From: Phoronis australis | Lineage: Eukaryota; Animalia; Phoronida | Direction: 5' to 3' | Assembly: GCA_002633005.1 (NCBI GenBank) | Contig: NMRA01000413.1 | Coordinates: 175,251 to 239,250, forward strand | Length of the DNA stretch: 64,000 nucleotides | Shown: piece after piece, positions 25,060 to 38,370 of the stretch | Layout: every line of letters begins with the position of its first letter | How positions within the stretch are numbered: position 1 is the first letter of the stretch | Notes under the pieces: model-generated | Told to the model about the DNA's origin: nothing | What the model saw: only the letters and a program-made list of their open reading frames with translations | Database searches by the model: none | Program-made: the position numbers and the translations under genes

Positions 25060-27440
25060 GGGCGAAAGCTTGCTTTTCTTGAGGTTTTCAAAAATAAACA
25101 CTTAACAAAGGAAACTCATTGTGATGTGATACTTTGAAATTACGTCGCATTTGCCAGGATAAGTTAAAGCTTGCCAAATGTTGAATAAAGTCTTACCACG
25201 CGTCCAGTATTCTGAAGTCGTGATTTCTCATTTTGGCGAGGACACTACAAATGACATCCGTAATAACCAGTCACCAATCTCCTGTATCAAATGTAACTGT
25301 CAGATTAAAAACCTAAAAAAACATCTATATCCAAAAAATTTCCCAAAACTGTGTTCGGTTTGAAAATGCACGATCGAGTCATCAACTACAACAAGTTCGT
25401 AGTTAGGGAGGATTTTTTACCAGCATAAATTGTAGCCATCGTTGAATTTTCAAAATCGATGCATTTTAAGAGAAATTAGCGAATACATTTTCTTCAGCAT
25501 CGCAGCTAAGGCCCGACCATTAATTTGTGAATCGATTAGGACTGGTTACCGTAGTCACAGTCTGACTTAGGCGTTGGGGTATCGAAACCCCAAATGTTAG
25601 GGTATTATTTTTCTCATGGGGGATAGATACATGTATATATATATTTTGTCTTGAATACAAAGGACTTGTCCTTAAGTGCTGGGATATCATTTCTTCAAAT
25701 TCCATTACTACCACAATTTTATTGTTATTTCAAAGACAATACGGTTGATAATTTTGGAAAATCGTTCACTGAATAACTACAAAATTTCCAGTAATGCAAA
25801 ATGACTTTGAAAATACCGATTTATTACACTGTAATTGTTTACCTCACGAAAATGTGTGAATCAATGCGTTGAGTTCAGAAATTTCGATTCTAAAAATTCG
25901 GTTTCAATGATTGAAGAGGAGTCGAAGTAAAATTTTTGAGGGAAAGATCGGTGAAATTGGTGATGGTGCAGTTAAATAAATAATTCTCGTGGTCCATTTC
26001 AAAATCCGGAAATTGACTGTGCCAGAAATAATGTAATCTCGACAAGTAAATCGACGAACCCTAAATTGTGGCCAATTGTAAAGATGTCTTGTCAGTTCCG
26101 ACTCGGGCTCTGATAGAGGTCTCTTCATCTTTGTAGTGTTTCACGGTATTATATTCGAGTTCGCAGCACTTGATTTAGATCATTCTCTTCATGACGATGA
26201 CGGGTGTGCCTGAGCGAAGATCCAGGAATAAATCTACATTATGTGCTAACGTGTGCAAGATCTCTTCATTATTGCGGTAGGCATTGGGAAGTTGCTGCAT
26301 TCTGTGCCAGTACAAGCGTGTGTGAGTGATTTTGAGCTTACGGTGCATTCCAAAAGAGGGTGGAAGAATCGGCAGAAGCCAGAGCTGCATTTAATACCAA
26401 TGGTTCTGCAGGCAGCAAGTATACAACCACCAACAGGTGTATCTTCTCTAAAGCATCCATCATTCAGTTTTTGATTCAGACACATGCAGTCATGAAGTTG
26501 GACTATTCGTGTTACAGTTGGTGAGGTTTCTGGTCTTAGACAGAGCTAACACCTCGCAATTGCTCAACGAGTTGTCTTTTTGATGCCAGTCAGTTTATGC
26601 ACCGTGAATGGTTTCGAGCAATAAAAACTTAGCAACCTTAGGCTCACCGATCTGTTCACTGGATGACGATCTGTCCTCTTCACTGGGTGTCGAACTGGGC
26701 CTGTATTCACTCCCACTACTCAACATCGCTGCAGGCACAAGGCGAATCACTGCTAGTTCCCGGAATTGCACGCAATGGGGGTACGCTCGGAGGCACGGGT
26801 GACAGTAGATGAAGTGCCTCCAGTCACTGTATATATTGGCCACAGCTCACAAGGCTTCTCGCTTCAAAAACGCACTTCTCGGGGTTGGCAACAGGGCACT
26901 GCCGGGAATCAACAGCGACGGTATGGTACCTTCTTCAGGCGTTGTTTCGCAGGGACCTTTATCAATTCAGCGTACATATCTGTCATAATCTGACGGCAGA
27001 AAATGCTTGCCACACACTCGGTAACCCTCCACTGCTTTTTACGTTGCGTGGACGGGTATCACAGCGTTCTTCACATGAAAGAGCTAGCCAAGTACGGCGA
27101 AATGTGTGTCATCCTTCGGAAAGCGACGCAAGGTACAGAAAGCGCATGTGAGACGATAATGAGTACATCCCGGCACGCAGCAACAGCGTGGCATGTACTA
27201 AGCAAACGGCGATCGAACTTATCACAACCGAGGTAGAACAATGACTGACTCGACAGCTCTCACAGTCAGATTATAATGAAAAGAAATTGGCGACTCTTGC
27301 CTCCCAAAACGTCACTTCCGGAGTAGACGACGAGAAATTAATCAAATTACGAAAAGCTGTAATTAAGTGAAAAATGTGTCTGGGATAATCAATGAACCTT
27401 ATTTTTGCTAAAAGTGACATGAAAAAGGTTGCCTTCGCCT
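25060..27440 (-). mobile_element. Decayed Kolobok-type transposon (family B) with THAP/transposase remnants
   Basis: Right end ...GCCTTCGCCT|TTAA, left end TCAA|GGGCGAAAGC (imperfect TIR). Minus strand reads MPRCCCVPGC...FPKD...W...YRVCGKHF (THAP, ~27194-26915), then SEYRPS...KFLL.E and PVGGCILAA. Confidence 0.65.
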
Positions 27441-29296
27441 TTAATGGTCCTAGGCTCGATCTACATGTTGGGGACGAGGTGAACTACCCGGGCTGCGTGA
27501 AATTTCTGGGTCAGTAACACAGTGATACCTATAGTCAGCCAGCTCGCTGTATCAAGACTATGATCAAAATCCAAATTCGTTTTACAGTGCCCCTGTCAAT
27601 AATAACGGCATGCTAAAGTTTCTTAATGTTCGTACTTCAGGAACATAAAGATCCTGTGTTTTGTAAACATACGCGCACGCCGTTGATCACATCTCGGAAA
27701 TTTCCGATTTGACGGATGACAATGAATGACCACAATGAAATTGGACAACTTCGTTTTATATCTTGGAAGAACAATAATAAACGTATTTTGAATATTGCAA
27801 AGCATGTGTTCCAAAATCTAAATAACGGGTCCTATATTTTTGTATTCGTGCGCGCCGAATGAAAGTAATCGTGAGTGTTGCTGTGTTGCTAAATCTCTTA
27901 TTCTGGGCCGATTTGAAAAATTCAAAGTTTTACCAACATTTTTTTCTCTCCTCTTTTCAAATATTACACTCCAAACTACCTAAATTGCTCTTCATAAAAA
28001 GTATGGTAATCTAGTCTAGATTGCAATCAGCTGATCGTATCTGCATGAGCGAAGCCAATTATCCTCGCTCGTCACTCGTTGAATAGAGCAGCTAGACGGG
28101 ATCCCTTTGATCGTGAGATGAGTGCAACGCAGAAGGTGGATAAATACGGTCTAGTTCAATCGGCCAAACCCCACAGTTTTCCCTGATCAGTGAGGTTGTG
28201 ACATGACTCGTTTAGTGGGAATGTTCACAGCATGAAGTGTCGACATACTAATCAGGTTACATCCATATGTAGTGAAATGAGTGTAACAAGAAATTCAGGG
28301 AATAGTAAATAGGTCATCACCATAGCTGTAGGGTCACTGAGCTCAGCATGTTATTCAGCATCATACGATTGACTTTCAGAGAAATTAGACTGAACTTTCA
28401 CCTGTTGATTCCTTAATTGTGTGGCTGTAAGCTCTGACCAGCTTAACCCCAGTGTTGTGTACTAGCACAAAAGGCTTGCTGGGCAAGCTTAATCGAGCGT
28501 GATTATACATTAGGTCGTGGCACTGGAAAGGTCTAGCGAAGACTGATCTTGCGCTTCTGCCGTTCACATGAATCCACAATTAGAACGCACCAATATGCGT
28601 GCAACGTCGTGACGACCCTGTCGCTGTTCAGCCTATTTGCAACAAGCCGTTGCTTTGCGGTTGAATTGTTTTTAGCACCTGGGCAGATCTTGGGAAGAAC
28701 ACTTACCAATTATACGCACACCTCACCACACTGGGTCATCAGAGTTGGGATAACACCTGATAAAATCAGTGTGTGTTCAGGCATTAAGTTAACTTGACCT
28801 AGTAATACGTACGTACACGGCAACCGGGCCATTGTCAATGTAAATTCCATACTTCATACTAAAGTGGTCATCTGGTAAGTCAATACTTGCACTGACTATC
28901 AAAGCCGGAATGGTAGGCTACACTCCTAATCATTATTTTACATTTTGTGGCTTAACATTTCGAAAGAAAATCCAACACATCAACTTCAATTGGGAAAACC
29001 CTTGTTTTAACTTGAATTTAGAAACAAATTAATCTCAGTTTCACGAGGGCCGCAATGCCAACAAAGTTTCACGGAGGGTAAGAATGGGTCTAGCGCCAGC
29101 GCACTGACGGGTAGCCGGGAGCTTCCTAAAGTAACTATAGCATGGGTTCCAATAGTGGATTCGTACCTATTCCTTTGCTCTGAGTTGAATGTAAAGGTTT
29201 GTTTTATTATGATCCAGTTTCGGCGAAAACATTTTGTTATGGTGATTGTTTGAAGTACTGCATGGTTACATCTAATTTTAACATGGGTGTGCCACG

Positions 29297-29544
29297 CATC
29301 CGCGCACCCCGGCAGGAGGAGGCTGGGGGGGGCTCAAAGGAACCCCCCAAATGGAAAAGTGGGCAAAAAGGACCGTCTAAAAGAAACAAAAAGTCCAACA
29401 AAAACGAGACAAAAGTCCACTAAGGCAAGAATTCGGCGTATGCACAATTCATAGCCCTGAACGAAGCCGTGTTCCTTTCTCTTTAGTAAAAGGTAAATCC
29501 TCAAAAATTCGAGCCCCACATATTTTAGGCTGGGTGCGCGCATG
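29297..29544 (+). mobile_element. hAT-like MITE, same family as 22833-23078
   Basis: Ends ctgggtgcgcgcatg and shares the internal sequence. Confidence 0.7.
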
Positions 29545-29931
29545 CCGTTTGTTTAGTATGCACGGGAAATGCAAGCAAACAATACATTTTTGAAGAACAA
29601 AAATTTATTGCGCAATGCTTCTAGCAACTAAACATCAAGGAAGTGCATAGAGAACCTTTCCAATTTGATGACCAATGAGTTAGATTTTATTTGTTTAAGT
29701 ACTTAAACTTCTTTTTCGATCTACGGTTTGTAAACTTAAACCCAGTAATCTAGTTCCTAAGCCAATAAACAAGATATTGTCATTTGATTTGTGAGAACAT
29801 TTTGAGACACTTTGAAGATTTGTCCAAAATTCACCAATTTCCTTGAGACTTATTTGAAATAGGCAAAACTTGTTTGGTGTACTTGGGGATCAGATTATAG
29901 AGTTTTTTTCCATATTCAGGCTTCAACTTAT

Positions 29932-31796
29932 AGGAGAATGCCACCCGATTTAATTAGTCTTTGTTACCGTCTTAATCAGTGTATATCCACATCGCCTCTT
30001 AGACGGTCGACCTCACCTTGCCGGGAGGTGTCGCGTTAACCTGTGAGGAAGGTAAGAAACGACGCAGCGACGTCAGTGATTCGTCTGCAGAGTTAATGTC
30101 GCTATATAGCAGTGCATCATTCCCGCTTGCACGAACTATGAAGCTGCGAAGAAAGCGGGTATATCGTTTTTTTTTTTTGACTTCCTCGAGAGCCCAAAAT
30201 GCTTAAGAACTGGCTCGCTGTAGTGAAGAATGAAAGGTACGCTGTTAATAGCAAGTATGAGGCCGTGAAACACCTTCGTTTCTGTGGCCGGCATTTCGTC
30301 GACGGTGTTCTCTGAAGAATTCCGGCTTACCAAAGAACTATCCATACGTTCCATTGTCTGCGCATGTTCATGGCTCCTCTCTAGTACTTCTTGATCAGTG
30401 TATTCCAGTTCGAACTGATAGCCTGTGAAACCTAACGATCCGGCCCGTGAAGTGTTCGTCGGATGACTGGCTCTTGACTAAGTCGGGATTGGCGCCGGGC
30501 GAGTTGCCATGTTTTCTGCGTTCTGTTTCAAAATGAGTTATTCTCATCCTAACCAATGCTGATACAAAACTGAAACAAAGTCTGTCTCATTAGATTCAAT
30601 TTGTAATGCCTTTTCAGTATTCGTGAGTGCAAATGTTGAGAAGCCAGCAATGAATAAACCACTGCATTACAGGCTTGCCGTGAACAAAGGTAATTGACCG
30701 GGCAACGAGGCCATGTGAGCGCATGCTAATTCTGTGTTTGCTGTTGTGAAACAATTACTCGATTTTACATGCTATTGTCACATGTTAGAGGAATCTGTAT
30801 TTAGAAATACAAATGCATTACTCAAATCATTGTTAATGTACAACCTTTGCCCTGACGGTCTGTGGAAGGGGAACCCGACTTCGCGGCCCCCGTGAAGTTA
30901 GTAGATTTCCAGGTTCGTGGCTAATTCACATAAGTAATTACGTGCACATTATTTTTTTGGCTCTCTATTACCTCACTATTATCAGTGTTTTAGTTGGACG
31001 TAGGCGCACGTAGGCGCAGCCAACCACCTTTTGGCATTTGAACGTAGAGCCTAGTACGCACCGTAAGATAAGTTCAGTGCTCAAGGTGATACGGTGGGCT
31101 TTCGGCGCCTACTTACCTCTACTTTTACCTCTACAGCACTGACTATTATAGTTATTTGGTGACTGGAGGTTTAGTTTCTAACTCAAGCTGGTTTATGTTC
31201 GTGCCAGTCTCGGCGGCGGCGACGGGCCTGATCAGGTTCCGAGCCAATGGTCAGGATAACGAGTCAGTGCGGCCGCGACGGGCCCGATCGGGTTCCGAGC
31301 CACTGGCCGGGATAACTAGAGTTTCGTGTGTTTAGAACTCAAAAAATCACAAGTCTAAACAACATAGGTTCTCTTGTGTGTATTTCACGGAGGAATACTT
31401 CGAATTTATCTCCGAACAGACCCCAAGCTCCTGGTACGGACCTTGGTAAATTGACCTGCCGAACTAGGGTGTGTCCAAATACCAAAGAATAAATCCGTAA
31501 CAGCGAAATAAAACAACTCGTTTTTATAAGAACTCTGTGTATTTTTAAAGGTTTTACATCGAAGTTTCGTGATTTATTGGTGTTAAACGATGAATTCAAA
31601 CGATAAGCTGACACCAGTAACCTGTGTTGTGAACTGCTGAACAGACTGCGTGTGAAACCAATGACGTCATTGGATAATTTCAACACCTCCGTCTGCCGTC
31701 AGGTGTCAGGTAACGCAACCGAACGTGTCGTTATCGAGTAGATTTACTCGATCTAAATTGATACAAAATAGGTTGTTTTTTGGGTGGCATTCTCCT
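29932..31796 (+). mobile_element. Non-autonomous Kolobok (family A), copy 1
   Basis: 15-bp TIR AGGAGAATGCCACCC...GGGTGGCATTCTCCT, flanks TTAT/TTAA. THAP remnant CIIPAC...LPRE...W...CGRHF at ~30110-30303. Confidence 0.85.
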
Positions 31797-32544
31797 TTAA
31801 TAACCTGAATCGTAATCATTTCTTAAAAGATTATCTTGTAACTATCAAAAAATATTTATTCACCTGTCGGTTTTCGTAGATACACAAACATGTAAATCGG
31901 AAACCCAAATTTGTTGATCAAAACGGAAGATTATAAGCATTTTCTGCTGGCATGCTCGCAGATTTTTGATGGGAAACCGGGGGGGAAATGGGAAATTAGG
32001 CATTCACAGTAAATTGTATTTTTGATCATTTCCGATGTACCTATAACGGTTCACGAGTTGAACGTGAGATGAAAAGGCGAAATATATGTTTATCATTGCT
32101 AGTACTTGAGTACACTCGTTCGACATGTACACGGTCACCCCAATAGTAGCCTCGACAGCAGTATTTTTCACAACAACTCATAGTAACGATCTTAGAGATA
32201 CTATTCTTGTGATACTATGGGAAACAGTAACATTATTTTGCAACTAACCATCGGAAATAGTCCTTTTGCGTAATTAACAAGTAGCGGTCTCCACGTTCTG
32301 CAAAATTCCACCCTTTCGATGGCGGTCAATCCTATTGTATTTTTTCACATTTTTGGTTGTTTGGGTGGAGTATCTTAATACTACTGTGCTGTGTACGAAT
32401 GTTTTCTGTTTTTGGTGAATTTAGGATCTCAGCTTCCCTCGTGAATACTTAGCAGTGTCTGATTTACATGTATAGAGGGAAAAAGGGACATTTCTCCGAA
32501 CTGCTCCACCGAGAGAGGGTCTCGTCTGAAATGGGACATCTTAA

Positions 32545-34959
32545 AGGAGAATGCCACCCAAAAAACAAACTATTCTGTATCAATTTAGATCGAATAGCTC
32601 TTCTCGATAACGGCAGGTTCGGTTGCGTTACCTGACACCTGACTGCAGACGGAGGTGTTGAAATTATCCAATAACGTATTGGTTGCACACGCAGTCTGTT
32701 CAGCAGTTCACAACACGGATTAGTGGTGCAAGCTCAGTGGCAGATCTAGGATATCACAAGGGGGGCCCAACATTTTGTCCGGCTGGAAGCATTTGCGCAA
32801 AGTGAACCACGATTGTAGATACGCATAGCACCCAATGGGGGGAGGTCGGGAGGGGGGTTTGCCCCCTCCCGTCCAGGAAATTTTTCTGTTTTTACCTCTA
32901 AAAATCAAGCATTTTCCTTGATTCCTGAAGTATTATCCAAGAAAAAAAAGGCAAAAAAACACGGAGAAGGTATCAAACAGGAAAAACTGCACGTCTCAAT
33001 GACTCGAACTCATGACCTGGCGGATAGAGCGCGCGTACGTTACAACTACACCACCACGATTTAGCTATAACTCTCGTACTAAAAGACTTACTTGTTTATG
33101 GGCCACAGCGTTTACGCGCGAAACCTACTTCTTTTTGTAATGCTTATTGCACGTTTTATATTTTGTGCCGTCAATTCTTAACAAATTTGTCGTATTTGAA
33201 ATAGTCATCAAATGCCCAAAAGACCAAATCCATTTTTCGTGTTGGCAATAACGACGGGATTGCTTTGGAAACCGTCTTAAGATAAGGTTTGACAAAGAGA
33301 GTATTGCGAGTTTCTGAGTGATTCACTAAGGCTTCGATTAAAATTCACATCTTAACAGCAGCTTCTGTTTTTTCATCGTCACTCAGGCTCCATTTTCTTT
33401 AAAAAATGAAGTAAATTTTCTTCATTGCACAGTGGAGCAGACGACGGAAACGGAGTCGTAGTGCACAGCGCCGCTGCCGCTCGCCTAGGATATCGCGGGA
33501 GATTCTATACTTAGCCATAGTTCCGTTACGAACGCGCCGTGTTCCGAATTTGACATTTGAAAGTGGATTTGAGCCGCCCCCCCNNNNNNNNNNNNNNNNN
33601 NNNNNNNNNNNNNNNNNNNNNNNNNNNNNNNNNNNNNNNNNNNNNGGGGGGGGGGGGCCGGGCCCCCTGGATTTTGGGATCTGTTCGGAGATAAATTCTT
33701 CCGTGAAATACAGACAGGAAAACCTATATCTGTGTAGTTAATACTTGCGGTTTTTTGAGTTCTATACACACAAAACGCTTGTTATCCCGGCCAGTGGCTC
33801 GGAACCCGATCAGGCCCGTCGCGACGGCCGGGACTGGCACTATCATAAACCAGCTTGAGTTGGAAACTAAACCTCCAGTCACGAAAAGACTATAATAGCG
33901 AGCCAAAGAAATAATGTGCACGTAATTGGTTATGTGAATTAGCCATGAAACTGAAAATCTACTTACTTGTCGGAGGCTGCAAATTGGGTTCCCCTTCCAC
34001 AGACCGTCATTGCAAAGGTTGTACAGTAACAATGATTTGAATAATGTAGTTGTATTTCTAAATAAAGTTTCCCCTAACATGTGACCATAGCATATAAAAT
34101 CGAGTAATTGTTTCACAACAGCTTTCTGTCAGCGAACACTGAATTAGCATGCGCTCACACGGCCTCGGTGCCTCGGTGTACCTTAAGTTTGTTGCCGGCA
34201 TCAAAAGCCGGTAACGCAGTGGTTTATTCATTGTTGGCTTCTTAAAACATTTGCACTTCCGAGCACTCCAAGGCAATACAAGTTGTAGCTAACGAGACAG
34301 ACTTTGATTCGGTTTCACTAAAAGCATTGGTTATGAGAATAATTCATTTTGAAACAGAACGCAGAATAATAACCGTCTTCGCGGCAACTCGCCCGGCACC
34401 AATCCCGACTTAGTCAAGAGCTCATCCGACGAAGACTACACGGGTCGGATCGTTACTATAGGTTTCACAGGCTACCGGTTCGAACCGGAATACACTGATC
34501 AAGAAATACTAGAGAGGCACCGTGAACATGAACAGACAACGGAACGTATGGATAGTTCTTTGGTAAACCGGAATTCGTCAGAGAAATCACTGTCGACGAA
34601 ATGCCGGCCATAGACACGGAGATGTTTCACGACCTCATAATTGATATTAACAGCGTACCTTTCATTTTTCACCACCTCAAGCCACTTCCTAAGCATTTCG
34701 GGCTCTCGAGGAAGTCGAAATAACCGATATGCGCGCTTTCTTCGCAGCTTCATAGTTCGGACAAGCGGGAACCGAAGCACCGCAATATAGCAACATTCAC
34801 TCTGCAGACGAACCACTGACGTCGCTGCGTTGCTTCTCACCTTCCTCACAGGTTAACGCGACACCTTTCGGCAAGGTGAGGTCGACCGTACAAGAGGCGA
34901 TGTGGATATAGACCGATTAAGACGGTAAAAAGACTAATTACATCAGGTGGCATTCTCCT
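32545..34959 (-). mobile_element. Non-autonomous Kolobok (family A), copy 2, inverted, with nested hAT-like MITE(s) at ~32735-33680
   Basis: TTAA|AGGAGAATGCCACCC...GGTGGCATTCTCCT|TTAA, colinear reverse complement of copy 1. Confidence 0.88.
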
Positions 34960-37305
34960 TTAATTATGAAAAGCTAAACATCATTTAGCTTAGAAAAGAG
35001 TGACAGTTCATTCCTAGGCGCCTATCGCCGAGCGGACGGAAGGTGTGAGATTAGTCAGTGGTTTATTAGTAAGTGGTTGACATTTTTTCAATTTTTATTT
35101 TTGATCCTGTTCCGAGGGGTGTTTGAACCCCCTGAACCCTCCAGTAGATCCGCCTCTGTTGTTGGATCATCAATTTTTCTCAAGTGATATACATTTCGAG
35201 AAAAAAGCGACAGTATTCTCCATTATCCCTTGCCAGAGAGTGTTTTGCAGTAGCAAAAATTGACTTCGCTTTACAAATTTTTTTCGATTTCCGAAATATA
35301 TGCATAAATCATTACGTGCACGTTTTCAAGTGCGTTTAGACGACCTGTGCTGCGAAAGCGGAGACCCCTGCAACAAGGTCCTGGCCAGGGTCCTCAAAAG
35401 GTAAACCACGTACTGAGGTGTGAAAATGTTCTTTGGAATTTTCTCTCTTATCCGCATTTAGTAGTCTTTCTTTTCTCGACTGTCCCACTCGTATGTCGGT
35501 TGCCTGAAAATTTTTGGGGAGGCCGTGCCCCCCNNNNNNCCCCCCGCCCCGCCCCGCCTCCCCCCCCGCTTCCTACGGCCCTGGTGCACGTAATTCTGAA
35601 TGAACGGAATCGCCCGGTGGCTGCGTCATCAACAAAATGGTACTTAGTTGAAATCAGGTATATAACTTGAAAAAGTTATCAGAATTGCTACATGCGTAGT
35701 TACTTTCTTAATTCCCATTTTCCAATATCTTTCCATCGGTGTACAGGAAGTGGTTGCTCTGTTGTTTGACGATGTAACATTAAATTTTGACCCCCGAGGG
35801 TCACTTTTACAACAGAAAAGTGTCAATTGGATCGGCCAGCGACAGACTCCCTCGCGTGAATAAGCGAACCTCGTTCAATTTTGACCAATATGGTCTTGAG
35901 GTTTCTTGATGGATGCTTTACACAGGAGCCTCACTCTCACAATCACTAGCGAAACATTGGCGAGTAAATGACATGGGTGGATTTAGGGTGGGAAGGGGGG
36001 CAGTAAAACAACTTATCTAAGACCACCGACAGCAAATGAAACAAACAACCAATACCGAGTGAATATTTCTGACTCATAGAGCAAGTGGGCATTGCAACGT
36101 GATTCCACAAATTGGCACGACAACGCACAGTTTCCATTCGGCAGTGGAGTCCCGTGCAGGATGTATCTAGCTAGCGGCTCGCTGCCAGTGGTCACTGACA
36201 GCTATACAAGTCCACAAGAATTTGAACCCCCAGCGGGTTTGTCACACAAGCCCTAGGGCCATTAGGGTGCAGAGGTTTGGTGATGCCCGGGAGATTTCCT
36301 TTATTAGAACCACGTCCTCAAGTCGAGCTGTATATTTTTCCCGTGTACGGGAGCTTTTGACTGAGCCCCGCGTTACTCTCTGGTGGACCACTAGTTGTTG
36401 TTGACACCGATTTTGGGCCAATCTGCCCCCCAGTACCCAGGGGGCGAAAATTCCAGTATTAAAGTCACAGTGGCGGGTGTGCCGCCTGAAAATTAAGACA
36501 CCCAACCTTCGTAGGTAGGCCTATTTGCCAGTAGATATAATTCATAAGACACCTAAATGACCCTTCCACAGAGAAATAAAAAGTCACCCTTCCATAGCAA
36601 AATCCTATACACAACCCTGCTGTTCTTCTGGTGTGACTGGTAAATGATGCGGAAAATGATAAACGGTTCACGCCGAGCTGGAGAAACCTGGACGAGAAAC
36701 AATTACAGTGCATCCCGATTATCGCCTTATTATCAAAAGCCACAAATTTACATGCACTCCCGGTGTGTATAAGTGATAAATCTCAGAAGCGGTACTTATT
36801 CCTAAACTTCCGTAGAGATTTGAGATGAAAATACTACCTTTTTGAAGTGATTTTTAGCCAAAAATTTGGACCGTTCTGTGGAGACTTCCGCCGAAAAGGG
36901 TACCATTCCGTAGAGATTTCTGACAAAGAAGGTACCGTTACATACAGAATCTGTCTGGAAAAGTGACCCTTTCAGGGTGCACATCCCACATATGGTAGAG
37001 CCCCCCGGGATCTGCCTCCCTTTTCAGTGCTTGGATGCACCCCGATGTGCATGTCTGGGACCCTTGTCCCGTCACTCCGCCACTGCCTTTGTTTGACCCC
37101 GAACGGAAACTGCAATTTCGTCAGAAAAAAACACTCCCAAAATGCTTTTCGAGGTCACGTCCCTGTATAACTGGTAATGCCTTCAAGATTTTTGAAGACT
37201 GAGAAGGCCTAAACTTGAGCGCAACCCATGGCACAAGTTATCGTTATTCCGCCACTGGTGCTAACTAAACGAAACAAAACACAGAATGTACCTTCTGTCT
37301 TTGTC

Positions 37306-38126
37306 CAGGGCCGTAGGAACCGGGGGGCCGGGGGGATGCACGTGGCCCAAAAAACTTGAAAATTACAGGCGTCAGGGTTAAACTGTGGCAACCGACATAG
37401 GCGAGGAGCCGCGGACAGTCGAGAAAAGAAAGACTGCAAATACGGATAACAGAGAAAATCCAAGAGAACATTTGGCAATTCAATATCATTGCATGGTTTA
37501 CCCTTTGAGGGCCCTGGCCAGGACATTGTTGTTAGGGTCTCCGGTTTAGCAGCATACGTGTAGGTCGTCTAAATGTAGTTGAAAACGTGCACTTTATAAT
37601 TCATACATGCTTTTTGAAAATTCGAGAAAATTTTAAATCCAATAAGACAATTTTGGGAATCCAAAACTATATTTTTCTAAAGACTTCTCTGTTGCAAGGG
37701 ATAACGGAGACAACTGTCGCTCTATATTTTTGTTTTACTTTCTCGAAATTTTATATCACTTGAGAAAAATTGATGACCTGACTGATATACTTCAATTGTT
37801 GCGCATTTTCTGGTCTTTGAAAATGTATATTATGTTTTCAGTTTAGGGGCCCAGCCCATGAAGGGGCCATTGATGACATTCAAGTAGCAATCCTTTTCGT
37901 GTTTTTTATTGACGAAGTCTAAAGGGAACGCTCAAAGAGAGAGGGCCCAATGTTGGAATCTATTATCTCCATTTTCTTGTTGTTTTGTAAATCGTTAAAC
38001 CGGCTTTCATATTGAGGAAGGTCTCTTTTTGCAGGGTCACATGACGATGGAACGAACTGTCACTCTTTTCCAAGCTTAATGATGTTGAGCCTTTTATCTT
38101 AAAGTGTCCCATTTGTTACGGCCCTG
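37306..38126. mobile_element. hAT-like MITE (CAGGGCCGTA termini); its counterpart in arm A ends at 35583
   Basis: cagggccgtaggaac...gttacggccctg; arm A has ttcctacggccctg. Confidence 0.65.
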
Positions 38127-38370
38127 TCAGCCAAAGTCAGTTGTACTTCATACAAAACGGTTAGAAATCGCTTATTGGAGAAACTCTCAGTCGGCTGTAC
38201 ATACTAATTTGCAAAAATGACACTCACAAGAGCTCTAAATAAGGCAGCACAGTATGGTCAAATCCATAGAGTTTAACAATAAGAATCACAATAGTAACAC
38301 AACAATAGTAAGAACAGAGCGTAACACAATTCAGACGGGACCCTCTCTCGGTGGAGCAGTTATGGGGAAT

